64,000 nt of DNA, from assembly GCA_964016885.1 (NCBI GenBank), contig OZ024741.1, positions 73,966,001 to 74,030,000 of the forward strand, in the 5' to 3' direction. This stretch comes from Eledone cirrhosa (Eukaryota). Every line of letters starts with the position of its first letter. The first letter of the stretch is position 1. Shown here in pieces: positions 1 to 12,399 of this stretch. Below the pieces are notes generated by a model that was given only the letters and a program-made list of their open reading frames with translations, ran no database searches and was not told the origin of the DNA. A program made the translations under genes and the position numbers.

Positions 1-234
1 GTTACCATAGTGACAACTCGCACTCTCTTACCTTTCTTTTTTTCCTGAAACAAATTTTAATTTTACCTTTCACACTATCTCGCTGTATTTTTCTCTCAAC
101 AACAGCAACATTATAGAAAGTTTTTCTTAAAGACTGTTGCATTCTCTATATGTTGTAGCACTCTCACTCACTCACTACATTTTATAATATAAACTGGTGA
201 TGTAATCTTGGGACACTGCTACATATATCATTGG

Positions 235-430
235 TGATGGATTGGTTGTATTAATAGAACGTCAGAAAAAATGACTTGCTGTATTCTTTGTTACTTTTTC
301 AAATCCAATCCCACTCAACATTCTTTTGTCTTTCTGAGGTTGATAAAATACTAGTCAAGGACTGGGATCGATATAATCAACTTTCCCCTTCCCCTAAGTT
401 GCTGTCCTTGAGCCTAAATGAGAAATCATA
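235..430 (+). mobile_element. Degenerate SINE relic resembling octopod tRNA-derived SINEs
   Basis: gaggttgataaaatactagtcaaggactgggatcgatataatcaactttcccct...ccttgagcctaaatgagaaatc resembles, from memory, the 3' half of abundant Octopus SINEs; heavily diverged. Confidence 0.5.
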
Positions 431-439
431 TCATTGGTG

Positions 440-840
440 ATGTGGTCTCAAGACCTTGCTAGATGCAGCTCAGGTAATTAGTTTGTTGGGACTCTAATAT
501 TGACTGTGAATGCCAATTCACAAATAGCAACCCTTGCTGCAGTTAGTGCAGAGATTCTGAATTTTGGGCTGTTGGAGTGGCTGCAACTGCAGTAATCTTT
601 AATGCACTCTTCACTGCAGCAAGCTTAATATCTTTGTGGATGTTCTGATGCTAAGCATCCTGATCCTTAGCTTTCACTTCCCAGCTGTTTAGAGAGATAT
701 TGCAGATTTTCAGTTTCCTCCTGCAAGCATCTTTGAATCAGAATTTGGGGTCTTTCAACATGCATGGGGCTATATATCGGCTGTCCCTATAGAATGTCCT
801 TCAGCAACCTACTCTCCTCCAAAGTTGCCAAAGAAGTTTA
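440..840 (-). mobile_element. Decayed 3' end of an RTE (BovB-like) LINE
   Basis: Manual minus-strand translation gives ESRLLKDI..., PKF*FKDACRRKLKICNISLNSWEVKAKD and a terminal CTNCSKGCY..GIHS zinc-finger remnant; contains stops. Confidence 0.55.
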
Positions 841-1339
841 TCAATCTGTCCATTTGAACTCCCATTTTTTTTAGGTGAGAGATATCTTTACAGGTTTTAT
901 AACCTAAAAGTAGCCTTGTATTTCTTTTGAATTTCTTATTGTAGTTTTTCACAACCCTAAAAGACTGGAGTAAATGTCTTAAGAATTTTGTTTTTTATAC
1001 TGCTTGAACAGATTGATAAAGCAGGGCTTCATTTTGATCTATTGATTATACTGTTGAACCAACTGTCATGTCCTCCTCGAGAAAACTGATGAGATACTCT
1101 GCAAAGGTCACTAACCAAGCCAAATGACCAGGGACTGCAGTCTTGACAAAATGGCCTCTCCCCGAGGTGCTCCCAGGGGAAGTACCTCCATGTTATTCTT
1201 GGCTCCGCCACTGATGTGGGGTTAATCCCATCTGGCAGGCTAATTATTACTCCAGTATCGCTGTCTGCAGTTGGTCTCCGCTTGGCCACATGGGTGGACC
1301 TATCTTTCGCTGTCAGGTCCCGTCGTTTGTCACTTATCT

Positions 1340-3540
1340 GCTTGCGAGTCATGGGAGGGGGGGGAGCATACTGTATATATGCTTCAGTTTTGGCCTGTGC
1401 CAGTGGGAAGACGGGTCTTTTGCATTTCTGTGCAACGCCAGAGATCTCGATCCTGTGTCATTGCCTTTGAGAGGTGCAGTTGGACAAGGTCAGCTTTTAT
1501 CACCTCATCCCAAGTCTTCCTCGGTCTCCCCACTCCCCAAGGCTTCCATCAACTTTGAGCGCTGTCATCCTCCATACATATCACATGTCCATACCAAGGT
1601 AATCTCCTATCTTGCACACAGCATTTGATTCCTCTTATGCCTAGTTCCTCTCTGTTTGTTTATGCTTTGCCATTCACACGTGTTACTATTACACATCCAT
1701 CAGGGCATGCAAGCTTCATTTCTTTCCAATCTATGCAAGTCTTCTGCACACAGCACCTTGGTCTCACTACCATGCAACATTGCATGCATCAATCAGTCTG
1801 CCTTTCATTTTTAGGGAAAAGCTTTTTGTAGCTAGCAGTGGTAGTAGCTCCCTGGACTTCTTCCATCCTGTTCTTACTCTGGCTACAGTACTTTCAGAAC
1901 ACCCACCTCTGCTGCTAATTCAGTCACCTAGGTAGCAGAAGCTTTCTACGGTTTCTACTGAGTCCTCCCAGAATTTGATGCTGTTTGTTTCCTGTGGTCA
2001 TTTGCTGCTTACTGTCCCGGTGAACTGCTACATGTAAACCCTATATTCTTAATTAAACTTCCTGGCATCCCACATCTTTTGTGTACCCATAGTTTGCACT
2101 TGGGGCAGAGGATGGAATTTCTATCTACACCTTTCCTACATACTAAGGCAAGGCCATTTCCCTGAGGGGATCTAGGTTCTATTTTCTCTTCTTACTAGAG
2201 CTTAGTCTTTGTCAGGTTGACTTTAAGACCCTTTCTTTCTAGTCCCTTCTTCCATGTTTGGAATTTCTTCTCTAATTCCACCATAGGTTCAGCTATGAGT
2301 GCAAGATCATCCATGTACAGAAGTTCTCATGGGCATCCGGTCTTAAACTCCTCTGTTATACGATAATAAACAGGAGAGGGCTAAGAACAGAGCCCTGGTA
2401 GATGCCAACCTGTATGCTAAATTCCTCGCTATAGTCATTGTTAGCCCTAACTTTACTGACTGCTCCTCTAAACATGGCTTGTACAGCCTTCACAAGCCAC
2501 TCATCTACTCCTAGTTTACTCAGAGCCCAGCAGATTATGGCATGGGGCATTCTGTCAAAGGATTTTTCCAGATTGACAAATACCAGGGAGAGCAGCTTAC
2601 TTTTAGCTAGGTACTTTTCCTGTAACAGCCTTACAAGGAAGAGAGCATCAGTGGTGCTTTTGCCTAGTACAAATCTGAACTGCATCTCATCTAGATTTAC
2701 CAGGCCCCTAACCAGCTGTGCTATAGCTCCTTATTTTCATGACCTGGTCCATAAGCTTTATACCTCTATAGTTTCCTCTATCTAGTGCATCTCCTTGTAG
2801 CAGTTGTCAATGATGCTGCTGTGCCAATCATTTGGTATGATACCATCTAGTATTACTTGGTTTACAATACATGTGGTTATAGTTTGACCTCCCAACCCAA
2901 ATACTTTCAGCAAGTATGGACCAGCCGGTTTCCTAGTCTTCATATCCTTAATTTCCTTACTTACTACACTGCTGCTGACTTGTACTGCTGGGCCCTCTAT
3001 GGGGTCTACTTGAATTAGGGTCGCATTCTCCCATGCCTTCTCTTCATTCAGTAATCTTTCATAATGGCTCTTCCATGTAGCTTTCTTCTCAGCACTTGTG
3101 AGGGCTAGTGCACCTTTATCATCCTGGACACACTCTCACCAATGACATCGCAATCCTGAACATCTCTCTCTGGTTCTAACGCTGCAAAACATGCTTGAAT
3201 TTCCTATCCTCCACTTCCCTTCTTGCTAAGTATACTTGTCATCTAGCTTTCCTCCTGGTCTCTATGTAGTGTACCCTGCTTCTCCCATTCTTCCATTTTT
3301 TTCCATGCTTGAATCACTCGTGGAAAATCTTTACTTGTGGGTAAACAAAACTTGGTTTGGACGGCGGTCTTTTCTCTTTCAGGATATAGTTGACTCTTTC
3401 TCTGTCTGACTAAATATGAACTATCCTTTCCAGCAATTACTTTTGCAGGTGACCACTTTTATTGTCTTGATCACTGTAAGCCATAAGTCTGCCCTTCTGT
3501 GAACCTGGTTCTTGCATATTGCCTGTTATAATAACTGGCA
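1340..3540 (-). mobile_element. Old degenerate RTE LINE of the PHD-containing family
   Basis: ORF 2356-2685 ([35 protein letters not shown]) is homologous to the young copies at 33-40 kb; many stops and frameshifts. Confidence 0.85.
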
Positions 3541-3549
3541 GATTCTCTT

Positions 3550-5535
3550 CTCCACCCACTTATTCCTGCGAGGGCTGTAGTGGCACAGTCCTCAGACACT
3601 CCTTCCAGAAAGTCCCGTCAGAAACAACCATTTCCAGCTAGATCCTCAAGTAAGACCCAACCAAGTTTTGGTTGGTTTTGCCCATAAAATCTGTCCAGTG
3701 ATTCTTTCCTGAGGCATTCTAACTACATGCCCATAGTATCGGAGCTGTGATCTCTTAATTCAGAGAAGTATCAACTCTACCTGGAGTATCAACTCTACCT
3801 GGAGTATCAACTCTACCTGGAGTATCAACTCTACCTGGAGTATCAACTCTACCTGGAGTATCAACTCTACCTGGTGTATCAACTCTACCTGGAGTATCAA
3901 CTCTACCTGGAGTATCAACTCTACCTGGAGTATCAACTCTACCTGGAGTATCAACTCTACCTGGTGTATCAACTCTACCTGGTGTATCAACTCTACCTCG
4001 AGTACCAACTCTACCTGGTGTACCAACTCTACCTGGTGTATCAACTCTACCTGGTGTATCAACTCTACTTGGTGTATCAACTCTACCTGGAGTATCAACT
4101 CTACCTCGAGTACCAACTCTACCTGGTGTATCAACTCTACCTGGTGTATCAACTCTACCTGGTGTATCAACTCTACTTGGTGTATCAACTCTACTTGGTG
4201 TATCAACTCTACCTGGTGTATCAACTCTACCTCGAGTACCAACTCTACCTGGTGTATCAACTCTACCTGGTGTATCAACTCTACCTGGTGTATCAACTCT
4301 ACCTGGTGTATCAACTCTACCTGGTGTATCAACTCTACCTGGAGTATCAACTCTACCTGGAGTATCAACTCTACCTGGTGTATCAACTCTACCTGGTGTA
4401 TCAACTCTACCTGGTGTACCAACTCTACCTGGAGTATCAACTCTACCTGGAGTATCAACTCTACCTGGAGTATCAACTCTACCTGGAGTATCAACTCTAC
4501 CTGGAGTATCAACTCTACCTGGAGTATCAACTCTACCTGGTGTATCAACTCTACCTGGTGTATCAACTCTACCTGGTGTATCAACTCTACCTGGTGTACC
4601 AACTCTACTGGTGTATCAACTCTACCTGGTGTATCAACTCTACCTGGTGTATCAACTCTACCTGGTGTATCAACTCTACCTGGTGTATCAACTCTACCTG
4701 GTGTATCAACTCTACCTGGTGTATCAACTCTACCTGGTGTATCAACTCTACCTGGTGTATCAACTCTACCTGGTGTATCAACTCTACCTGGTGTATCAAC
4801 TCTACCTGATCAACTCTACCTGGTGTATCAACTCTACCTGGTGTATCAACTCTACCTGGTGTATCAACTCTACCTGGTGTATCAACTCTACCTGGAGTAT
4901 CAACTCTACCTGGAGTATCAACTCTACCTGGTGTATCAACTCTACCTGGAGTATCAACTCTACCTGGTGTATCAACTCTACCTGGTGTATCAACTCTACC
5001 TGGAGTATCAACTCTACCTGGTGTATCAACTCTACCTGGAGTATCAACTCTACCTGGAGTATCAACTCTACCTGGAGTATCAACTCTACCTGGAGTATCA
5101 ACTCTACCTGGTGTATCAACTCTACCTGGTGTATCAACTCTACCTGGTGTACCAACTCTACCTCGAGTACCCAACTCTACCTCGAGTACCAACTCTACCT
5201 CGAGTACCAACTCTACCTCGAGTACCAACTCTACCTCGAGTACCAACTCTACCTCGAGTACCAACTCTATCTCGAGTACCAACTCTATCTCGAGTATCAA
5301 CTCTATCTCGAGTATCAACTCTATCTCGAGTATCAACTCTATCTCGAGTATCAACTCCTATCTCGAGTATCAACTCTATCTCGAGTATCAACTCTATCTC
5401 GAGTAACTCTCTGATCTCCAAGTAATGTTAGTCCAAAGACCCTTCGGAGGAACCCAATTTCAGCCGCTTGTATTCATGATCATATTCTTTCAGTTGTTAC
5501 CCAAGATTCATGATCATAGGTAAGGGTTGGCATAA
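3550..5535 (-). mobile_element. Decayed 3' end of an RTE (Expander/Rex3-like) LINE, split by an 18-bp minisatellite
   Basis: Right flank reads PTLTYDHESWVTTERI*S*IQAAEIGFLRRVFGLTL..LEIRELL; left flank reads LL*IKRSQLRYYGHVVRMPQERITGQILWAKP..LRTVPLQPSQE* (stop ~3560-3562). Confidence 0.8.
3767..5404. repeat. 18-bp minisatellite, ~91 copies, consensus TATCAACTCTACCTGG(A/T)G
   Basis: Directly visible; variants GGAG/GGTG/CGAG, TATC/TACC and ACCT/ATCT, with a few small indels. Confidence 0.98.
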
Positions 5536-6589
5536 TTTTTCTGCATAATTGGAAAGATGGTCGCTGTATTTCTCATTAATTTTCACCTGAGTTTTAGTGC
5601 TGAACAGATCTGAGCTTTCACCCAAACAGTTATTCACCTGGACTGGGCACATTAGGACTGGTGTGCAATTAAGTTCCAAAATTTAATATGAAAATTGCTC
5701 AGATTTGTTTTTTGAAATAGATTCTTGGGGGTGGTTTAGATTGATGATGGTTAACACTACTAACAAGAAGTTTTATGTCTAGTTCAGTGCAAAACTGTAC
5801 AAATTCTCTGTACTAAAATTCTCTGTACTAAAATTAGTGCCGCGATCACAAGTAATCTGCTATGGCAAAGCAAACTGAAAATAAACCAGAAAGTACTCAT
5901 TTTGTTTTGGTAGTTGAATGATCAGTCTACTTCACTGTGACACAATGACTATAACAATCTACTACAATTAGAAAAGATAAACCTCAGAACTGAAAATGAT
6001 CTGCCATGGATATGCAGCAATAGTATTTTGCAAAAGTTCTAAGCACTGTCTAGTGTGAGTCGCTTGACAAGCACAGCATCTTTCAATTAATGTTGTTCCT
6101 TCATGTGTGATCCTCGTCTAGAATACAATCTCTTACCTTGAGTAGTATTTGGGACTCTAGGATGGGCTTTTTGTAATATCTGAAGAACTTCAGGCCTCAT
6201 TGACTTAAGAATTAATTACCACTCTGTCATTCTTGCAGTTAATGCCATCAACCGAGTTCACTATAAGTGAAATATTTATGAACACTTTCGGCACAGTCCT
6301 GAGCGGAATCAAGCTGTCATGTACTGTTATCAACAATTTGGGGTCTTGGAATGTAGCTTGTCACACTTTCTCAAGTCTGGTTGGGGAGACATTAAGTGAA
6401 ACGTTATGAATGCTCACATCCATCCCTTTTATGGTTTGACCATGTTTTGCACATGTGCTTAAATGGCTAAATGTATCAGTGGTTTTTCTTTGCCTCTCCT
6501 GTATACAATATTGAAATTGATTTGTAACATCATGCAAGAAAGTCGGAGTGTGGTGGATACCAAGGTCTTCTGCCAAAGAGAGGTCAAGG

Positions 6590-8420
6590 ACTTATGATCA
6601 GTCCATACTGTTTCCCTTTTACCACATATAAACTGCTTAAAATGTTGTACAGCCTAAACAATATTTGAGTATCGAATCTGTCAGGGACAGTCTTTGAAGC
6701 ATATGCTAAAGGTCTCAAATAATGGGGTACTTCATTGACAGTTCCCAAGTTGGATTCTGGCTGAGTAGCACTGCTCCAATGCCATCCTGACTGGCATCAT
6801 ATTCCTGCTCCAACCGAGAATTTTGAGCCACATCCCTCATATAGACCTTTCATGACACTGATCATATGCTCATAAAAGCCAAGTCTTTTCTTGTCTGTAA
6901 TCACAAGTGAGTGCAGGACCATATCGAAGACCTTTGCCAGGTCAATGAAGGCAATGTCCAACAGCTGAATCCTCAATTGCACTGGTCTCCCCTGCCTCCA
7001 TGCTGTGTTTGAGAAGCTTTGCAGCAAGAACACATTCTCACTGCAACCATCAGCATAAATGGGTGGGATTCAGAGGAGTTACCTGAAACATTCTATTGGA
7101 GAAAAGCCTGATGTATAAGCGATACATGGCAGGGCATATGGTTAGGGGTCTCCAATTGGTCATACAGATCGTTCATCTTCTTGCGAATCAGGACCAACCT
7201 TCCAAGTTTCAAGACATCAGGTACCTTCCTGACCAGCAGCATGTAGTTAAATAGGTTCACGAGAATTGCAGGGTTGATGCTTAGACATGTCAGGGTGTAA
7301 TTCCATTGGGGCCCAGAGCAGAAGTGGAGCTCATACAACTACATACCCCCACAACCTCAAATGTGGTGAATGGTTGCAAAAGTGGTGCGTTGTCCACCAG
7401 TTCTGTTGCAGGATAAGTACTATGGTCCACCTCCAATCTCAGCTGAGAGAATCTGTCTGAATAGAACGACTCGATGTCGGCAATAGGGACAAGGCACACA
7501 CGCCCTGCTTCTCCTCACCTAAAAACCTAAAATGACTACTAAGAGCTTCCTATCACAATCATACAAATTCTAGTATCGAGCATAAAGCACCCTTGTTACA
7601 CTCTTTCTACCAGAATTCTTGAAGGGCTATTCGGTCTTGTCATGATATGAACATGTCGCTGACACAAGCGCATGTGTGCCAACCATCTGCAAACACTCTC
7701 TAACCCTCGTCTGTGACTTCTTCACATAAGGTGGTGAGACACTCGGCAAAAGCAAAGGACGATCAAGAACGATTGGGCTCCACTGCACTGCCGAACCAGT
7801 TCCTCAGATGGCGTCGGAGGATATCGGAGAGTCAGTTCCACTTGTCTGTCTAGGCGGCTGCTCGTCAGCAGGTAGGGGACCATTTTCTGCACCTCTTTTT
7901 ATTTAGTTTGCTCCTTTTTGAACTAATTTGTTTAACGGTCTTTCCAAGCAGGTAAGGAGTGATACCTATATTAATGTGCTGGCACCCCACCTTGAGGAGC
8001 TCTTCTTTCTTTTCAAAAGAATCACTACCTCCTCCTCAGACCCATAGACCCTGCCAACACTTGTGCCAGGCAGCGCAGCCGTCACTCGAGAGGCAACTGC
8101 AGCATGAATTGCATGCATCCACCTAAATTCCACAGCATGCATTGCAATCTTGCGGTGATTAATAATCAAATGATGTTGATGTTTCTCATACTGAGGTCCG
8201 AGGCGATGGAAGTGTCATCCCATTTCCTGCCTGTACATAGGCCAGAGTGGACCCTGAGTGAATGAAGGTGTCTACTATCCCTACCACATTTGGAACATTT
8301 GAAAATTGGTTTCCACCAATGACAATGGACCAAGAGTTCTGCTCAATTAGACGGACTAGAGAAGTGATGTGAACAATAGGAGCAAACCAATATGTTGCTG
8401 TTGCAAGGTATCTCAAGGCA
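6590..8420 (-). mobile_element. Degenerate R2-like non-LTR retrotransposon (N-terminal zinc fingers, Myb-like region, RT fragments)
   Basis: Minus-strand remnants CSYCSHHFSS, FKCSKCGRDSRHLHSLRVHSGLC (CCHC finger), RVYGSEEEVVILL (Myb-like), VPDVLKLGRLVLIRKK and IAFIDLAKVFDMVLHSL (RT). Confidence 0.65.
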
Positions 8421-9059
8421 ATCCTCCCCCCACTAAGGGATCATAGACCTCTTCTACGGGGTCCACAGTCATGAGCCTGTGAGGGAATCTGTTTGCCTTT
8501 TAGCACCGAGATGTGTAAACCGTAATCTAGAGTAAACCTATCCAGAATACACCTACGGATGGTTATCGTTGGTAAACTCGCATCTGGGATTCCATTTACC
8601 AGTGAGTCAGCCACCTTACAAGGAACAGGGCCTGACTCAATGTCTGTCCTTGGAGATGGTTTCCATTCATTATGAGGGGCCATTACAGCATGTTGTAGCT
8701 GGCCAAGAACCCATCCCTTCCTCCTGACCACTGGTTTAATGGCCCCCACCTGCCATATGGAATCTCATTTTCTCGCTTCATTTTCTCGCTTCATTTTCTC
8801 ACTTCATTTTCTCACATTTTGTATACACTCTTACTTCATTTTACAATCGAGAATGGTTGCAACTACGAAGTCAATGATCGCCATATTCACCCGAGAGTCT
8901 CTTATCAGCATCAATGACTATTTTAAACTTGGGTGTACTAACAGTAGTTTTCAGAGCATATTTAAAACTTGTAATGTAGTTGTTATGAGAATGAAGCATC
9001 TCTTGTAGTTGTAGTATCAGCTCTAATCTTGTTTTTGGTACCCGTTGTACCTAGTCTGG

Positions 9060-9480
9060 CCTTCAATAATAAGATTACCTATAGAGTATATCTGCAAAAA
9101 CTTTGGGTCTTCATTTGACAGTAGTTTAAGTGATCCAATTTGATTATATACTTGACCCTGTACTTAAAAGTCAGCATGAATTGTCCTTCAGATATATTTG
9201 CTCTGATTGATGTCATCTGGAATGCAGCATTGCATCTATGTATTTGTTTTAGGAATTCTTTTCCATATACTATCAATGTGACCAGCAAAGTTTTCAAGGG
9301 ATTCTGAAATGGCAGTAAATTAACTTTGCCACCAGAGCAACACATCCTTGGAGTTTCTCCAACCCACTTTTTTGCAGAACAGTGCTCACAGGTCTTGAAC
9401 ATTGACGCAATAAATATCACACTTTCATAATCATGTGTCAAATCATAGTTGAAGGCTGCTAGTCACTAATCTTCATGAGA
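9060..9480 (-). mobile_element. Helitron Rep/helicase N-terminal fragment
   Basis: CEHCSAKKWVGETPRMCCSGGKV..FLKQIHRCNAAFQMTS, then frameshifted QGQVYNQIGSL..PKFLQIY. Confidence 0.8.
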
Positions 9481-9779
9481 AAATGGTTTAAATTCCAATC
9501 TGACTTGTCATTGCTCTGATGTTTCCTATTTTCTGGAGCAGGCATTTCTGGCTGCGATACTTTGAAGCTCTGTTAACACCTGTTCTCTTAAGCGCACTTG
9601 TCTATTGGTTTAAGACTCCAGCCGCTGTCGTTTCTGCTCTGGTGTCTTGTGTTCCTTCAAGCGAGCTTGTCTACCAGTTTCAGATGCCATCATCTGTTCT
9701 GAACTGATGTCTAGTATTCCATCAAGTGGGCTTGTCTAGTGGCTTTAAAATCCTACCTTCATCGTTTCTACTCTTGTCT

Positions 9780-10620
9780 CTACAAAGCGTGGGGGCGTAG
9801 ATGCTCATAATGTTCGCAGGGCCTGAGGTGGTTGTGAGGCAAAGAGAAAGAATGCGAGCTGTGACTTCTGAGAGTTTCTCACTGCAAAACCCACGCTGTG
9901 CACTCGGTGCTCCTCAGGGGCCTTCCCCTGCCAGAAGAATGTATAGTCCTTTTCTTTTAGGATGCCGTTTGATGGAAGTCTGGTTTCTTGCAGTGCAGCG
10001 ATATCAATATTGAGCCTCTTGAGCTCGTAACTGATGACTTGTCTTTCTTGCATCGTCGACCTGTTGAAGATCGTTGGAGAGGCCAGGGCACATGGTCCTA
10101 ACATTCCAGGCTGCCAGTCTCATTGCTGGCAACTTTCTTTTCTTTTCTTCTTTCTTGGCCTGATACAGGGTTTACATTCTGCTCTTCGGTGTTTTCCCTG
10201 AGCTCCAAGCACCCAATTGAAGCAGGCAAACTGTGACAGGTCAGCATCTTACTGGCTGGGGGCTGCCCAGCTTAAGGCAGATGGTTGCTGACCACTGGGA
10301 CACGATGATCCCTACTTCCATCGGAGACAACCTGTAGTGCCCAAGCTCACGCCAATATGCTCTGGGCTTAAAAGTTGTAGCTGGTGCCTCCCATGTTTTT
10401 TTTTTTTTTTTTTTTTTTTGCTGCTGGAGCAGCAGCCCTGAAGTGATCTCTCGGGGGCGCAAGCCTGGGCAAGCTATATGGAGATCCTGGGTTGCCCATT
10501 CGTCAAGACCCCCCCCCCCTTGTCGGCTTCACTGGTGTAGTCCAAAGGAAAGCAGAGCAGTATATTTGGCACCAGGTTGACTGCAGGAGCTGCCGAGATC
10601 AGTGAGCACAGCGCACTGGT
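9780..10620 (-). mobile_element. 5' end of an RTE LINE (5'UTR plus start of APE endonuclease)
   Basis: RLAAWNVRTM.. and RLNIDIAALQETRL..YTFFWQGK..HSVGFAVRN. Confidence 0.8.
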
Positions 10621-10689
10621 CCGCCTTCGGAGCTCCACTCCTGATTTGAAGGGATTACTCTCCTACACTTAGCCGTTGGATCAGTCAAG

Positions 10690-12370
10690 GATCTCCTCCA
10701 CCCTCTAGCTGCTGGCTGCCAGGAGCAGCTCCTCCACCTAGTGGTGCAGAGTAAACACGACAACCCCTCACCTGGTGTGGAATCCGGAGTGGGTGTGTGT
10801 GAGGATGCACACGTGTGTTTTTTTGTGTGGTGTGGATACGTGGGAATGTATGGTTGCACGTGTGCAAAAATTGTTTGTTTGTGTTCCTGAATGGTTTTCC
10901 TGTGTGTAGAAGGATGGCGAGAGTCCGGTAGTAATCTTCGTAGATATCTGAGTGTGTAACCAGAGTGGTAGGGTCCGTGGAATTGACAAGGAGGAAATAG
11001 AAAGTTGTGGGGCACATGCAACAGGAAGTAGTCAAGACAAGGGGTGGAGATGGCAGCAGACTCCACGGGCGTGGGTGAGGGTGGTATGGATGAGGGAGGG
11101 AGGTGTAACCCCTCCGGGGGAAATGGCTAACTAGAGAAAGAGCCTGGGTCTCAGTCAGCATCTCGGCAGCAGATCTGAAGGAGTTGGGAGTAAGGAATGG
11201 AGTGTTTGGTGTGTGTAAGGTGGGTGGAGGTTTAGTCAAGGTAGGAGTGGGAGTCAGTGGGTTTAAAGAAAACGGATGTGATAAGGGAGCAGTGGGAGGG
11301 GTCAATGGCAACGCAGATGTCGAAGAAGTGGACGTGGGTAGTGGCGATAGAGGTGAAGTGGAGGGAGGGGTGGAAGGAGCAGAAGGAGAGAAAGAAGTCG
11401 AGTTGTTCTCGAGTGAAGGTTGTGGCTCTGATGCAGTCGTCAATATAACGACCGTACTGTTTGGGCGTGGACCGGTGTTTGGGCAAAGATTTGGGCCTCA
11501 ACATGGCCAATGAAAAGGTTGGCATAGTTGGGACCCATTCATCTGCCCATAGCTACCCCAGTGACCTGCTGGTAAAATTCACCCGAGAAGGAGCAGTTAA
11601 GTGTGAGGCTTGGTGAGGCAGAGGAGGGTGGGGGTGGAGTTGACGGGGGAAGGGTCGAGGTAGTGCCGGAGGGCGCGTAGGCCGTCGGTGTGGGGATAAC
11701 TCTATAGAGGGATTTAATGTCTAAGGTGAAGAGGAGGGGGTGTAGGCCAGATAGGAAGGTGAGGGAGTCAAAAAGGCAAAGAGCATGGTTGATACTGGAG
11801 ATGTGCTGGGGAGGGTGGTGACGAGGTGGGGAGAGGATGGAGTCGAAAAAGGCAGATGCATTCGGTGGGATAGTTGCAAGCAGACAATGGGGTGGCCAGG
11901 GTTGTTGGCTTGATGGACCTTGGGGAGGAAGTAGATAGGGGCGATGAGGTGGGAGGAGACGATGAGGTGTTGGATGGTGGAGGAAACTTGTTGCTGGTAG
12001 TGGAGGGTGGGGTTGGAAGGTAGGGGGCGGTAGAAGTGGTTGCAGAGCTGCTTGAGGGCTTCAGCCGTGTAGAGGTCCACATGCCACCCCACCACAGCGC
12101 CTTCCTTGTCCATGGTTTGATGACGGTCATCGTGGTTATGGAGGGAGTGGAGAGTGAGGAGTTCGGCCCAAGAGATGTTGCTCTGTGTGGAGCGATGGTG
12201 GAAGTCGAAGCGGTTTATTGCGCCGGTGAAGGCGTCCTGTGTGCTGAATTGTCCGGATGCTGGCGTCCAAGAAGATGGTCGTCGGCCCAAGGCGAGAAAG
12301 CAGTCGGTGGCATCCGGAGCCAGTGGGGTGTTATAGAAGTGCGCCTGTAGCTTGGTGTGACTCACTCACT
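10690..12370 (-). mobile_element. Degenerate Penelope-like element (Poseidon/Neptune-type RT)
   Basis: DKEGAVV.., IYFLPKVHQANNPGHPIV, LDIKSLY, GVAMG..GPNYANL, RYIDD, FKPTDSHSYL spread across frameshifts. Confidence 0.8.
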
Positions 12371-12399
12371 CACTCACACCTACCTACCTTTCCACCCCA

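Noticed and set aside
3760-5425. Long overlapping ORFs on both strands (QVELIH, YQLYLV, VDTPGR repeats); CRISPR-like appearance
   Set aside because: The 18-bp unit has no stop codon in these frames, so ORFs are automatic; the array has internal frameshifts and no unique spacers or cas genes
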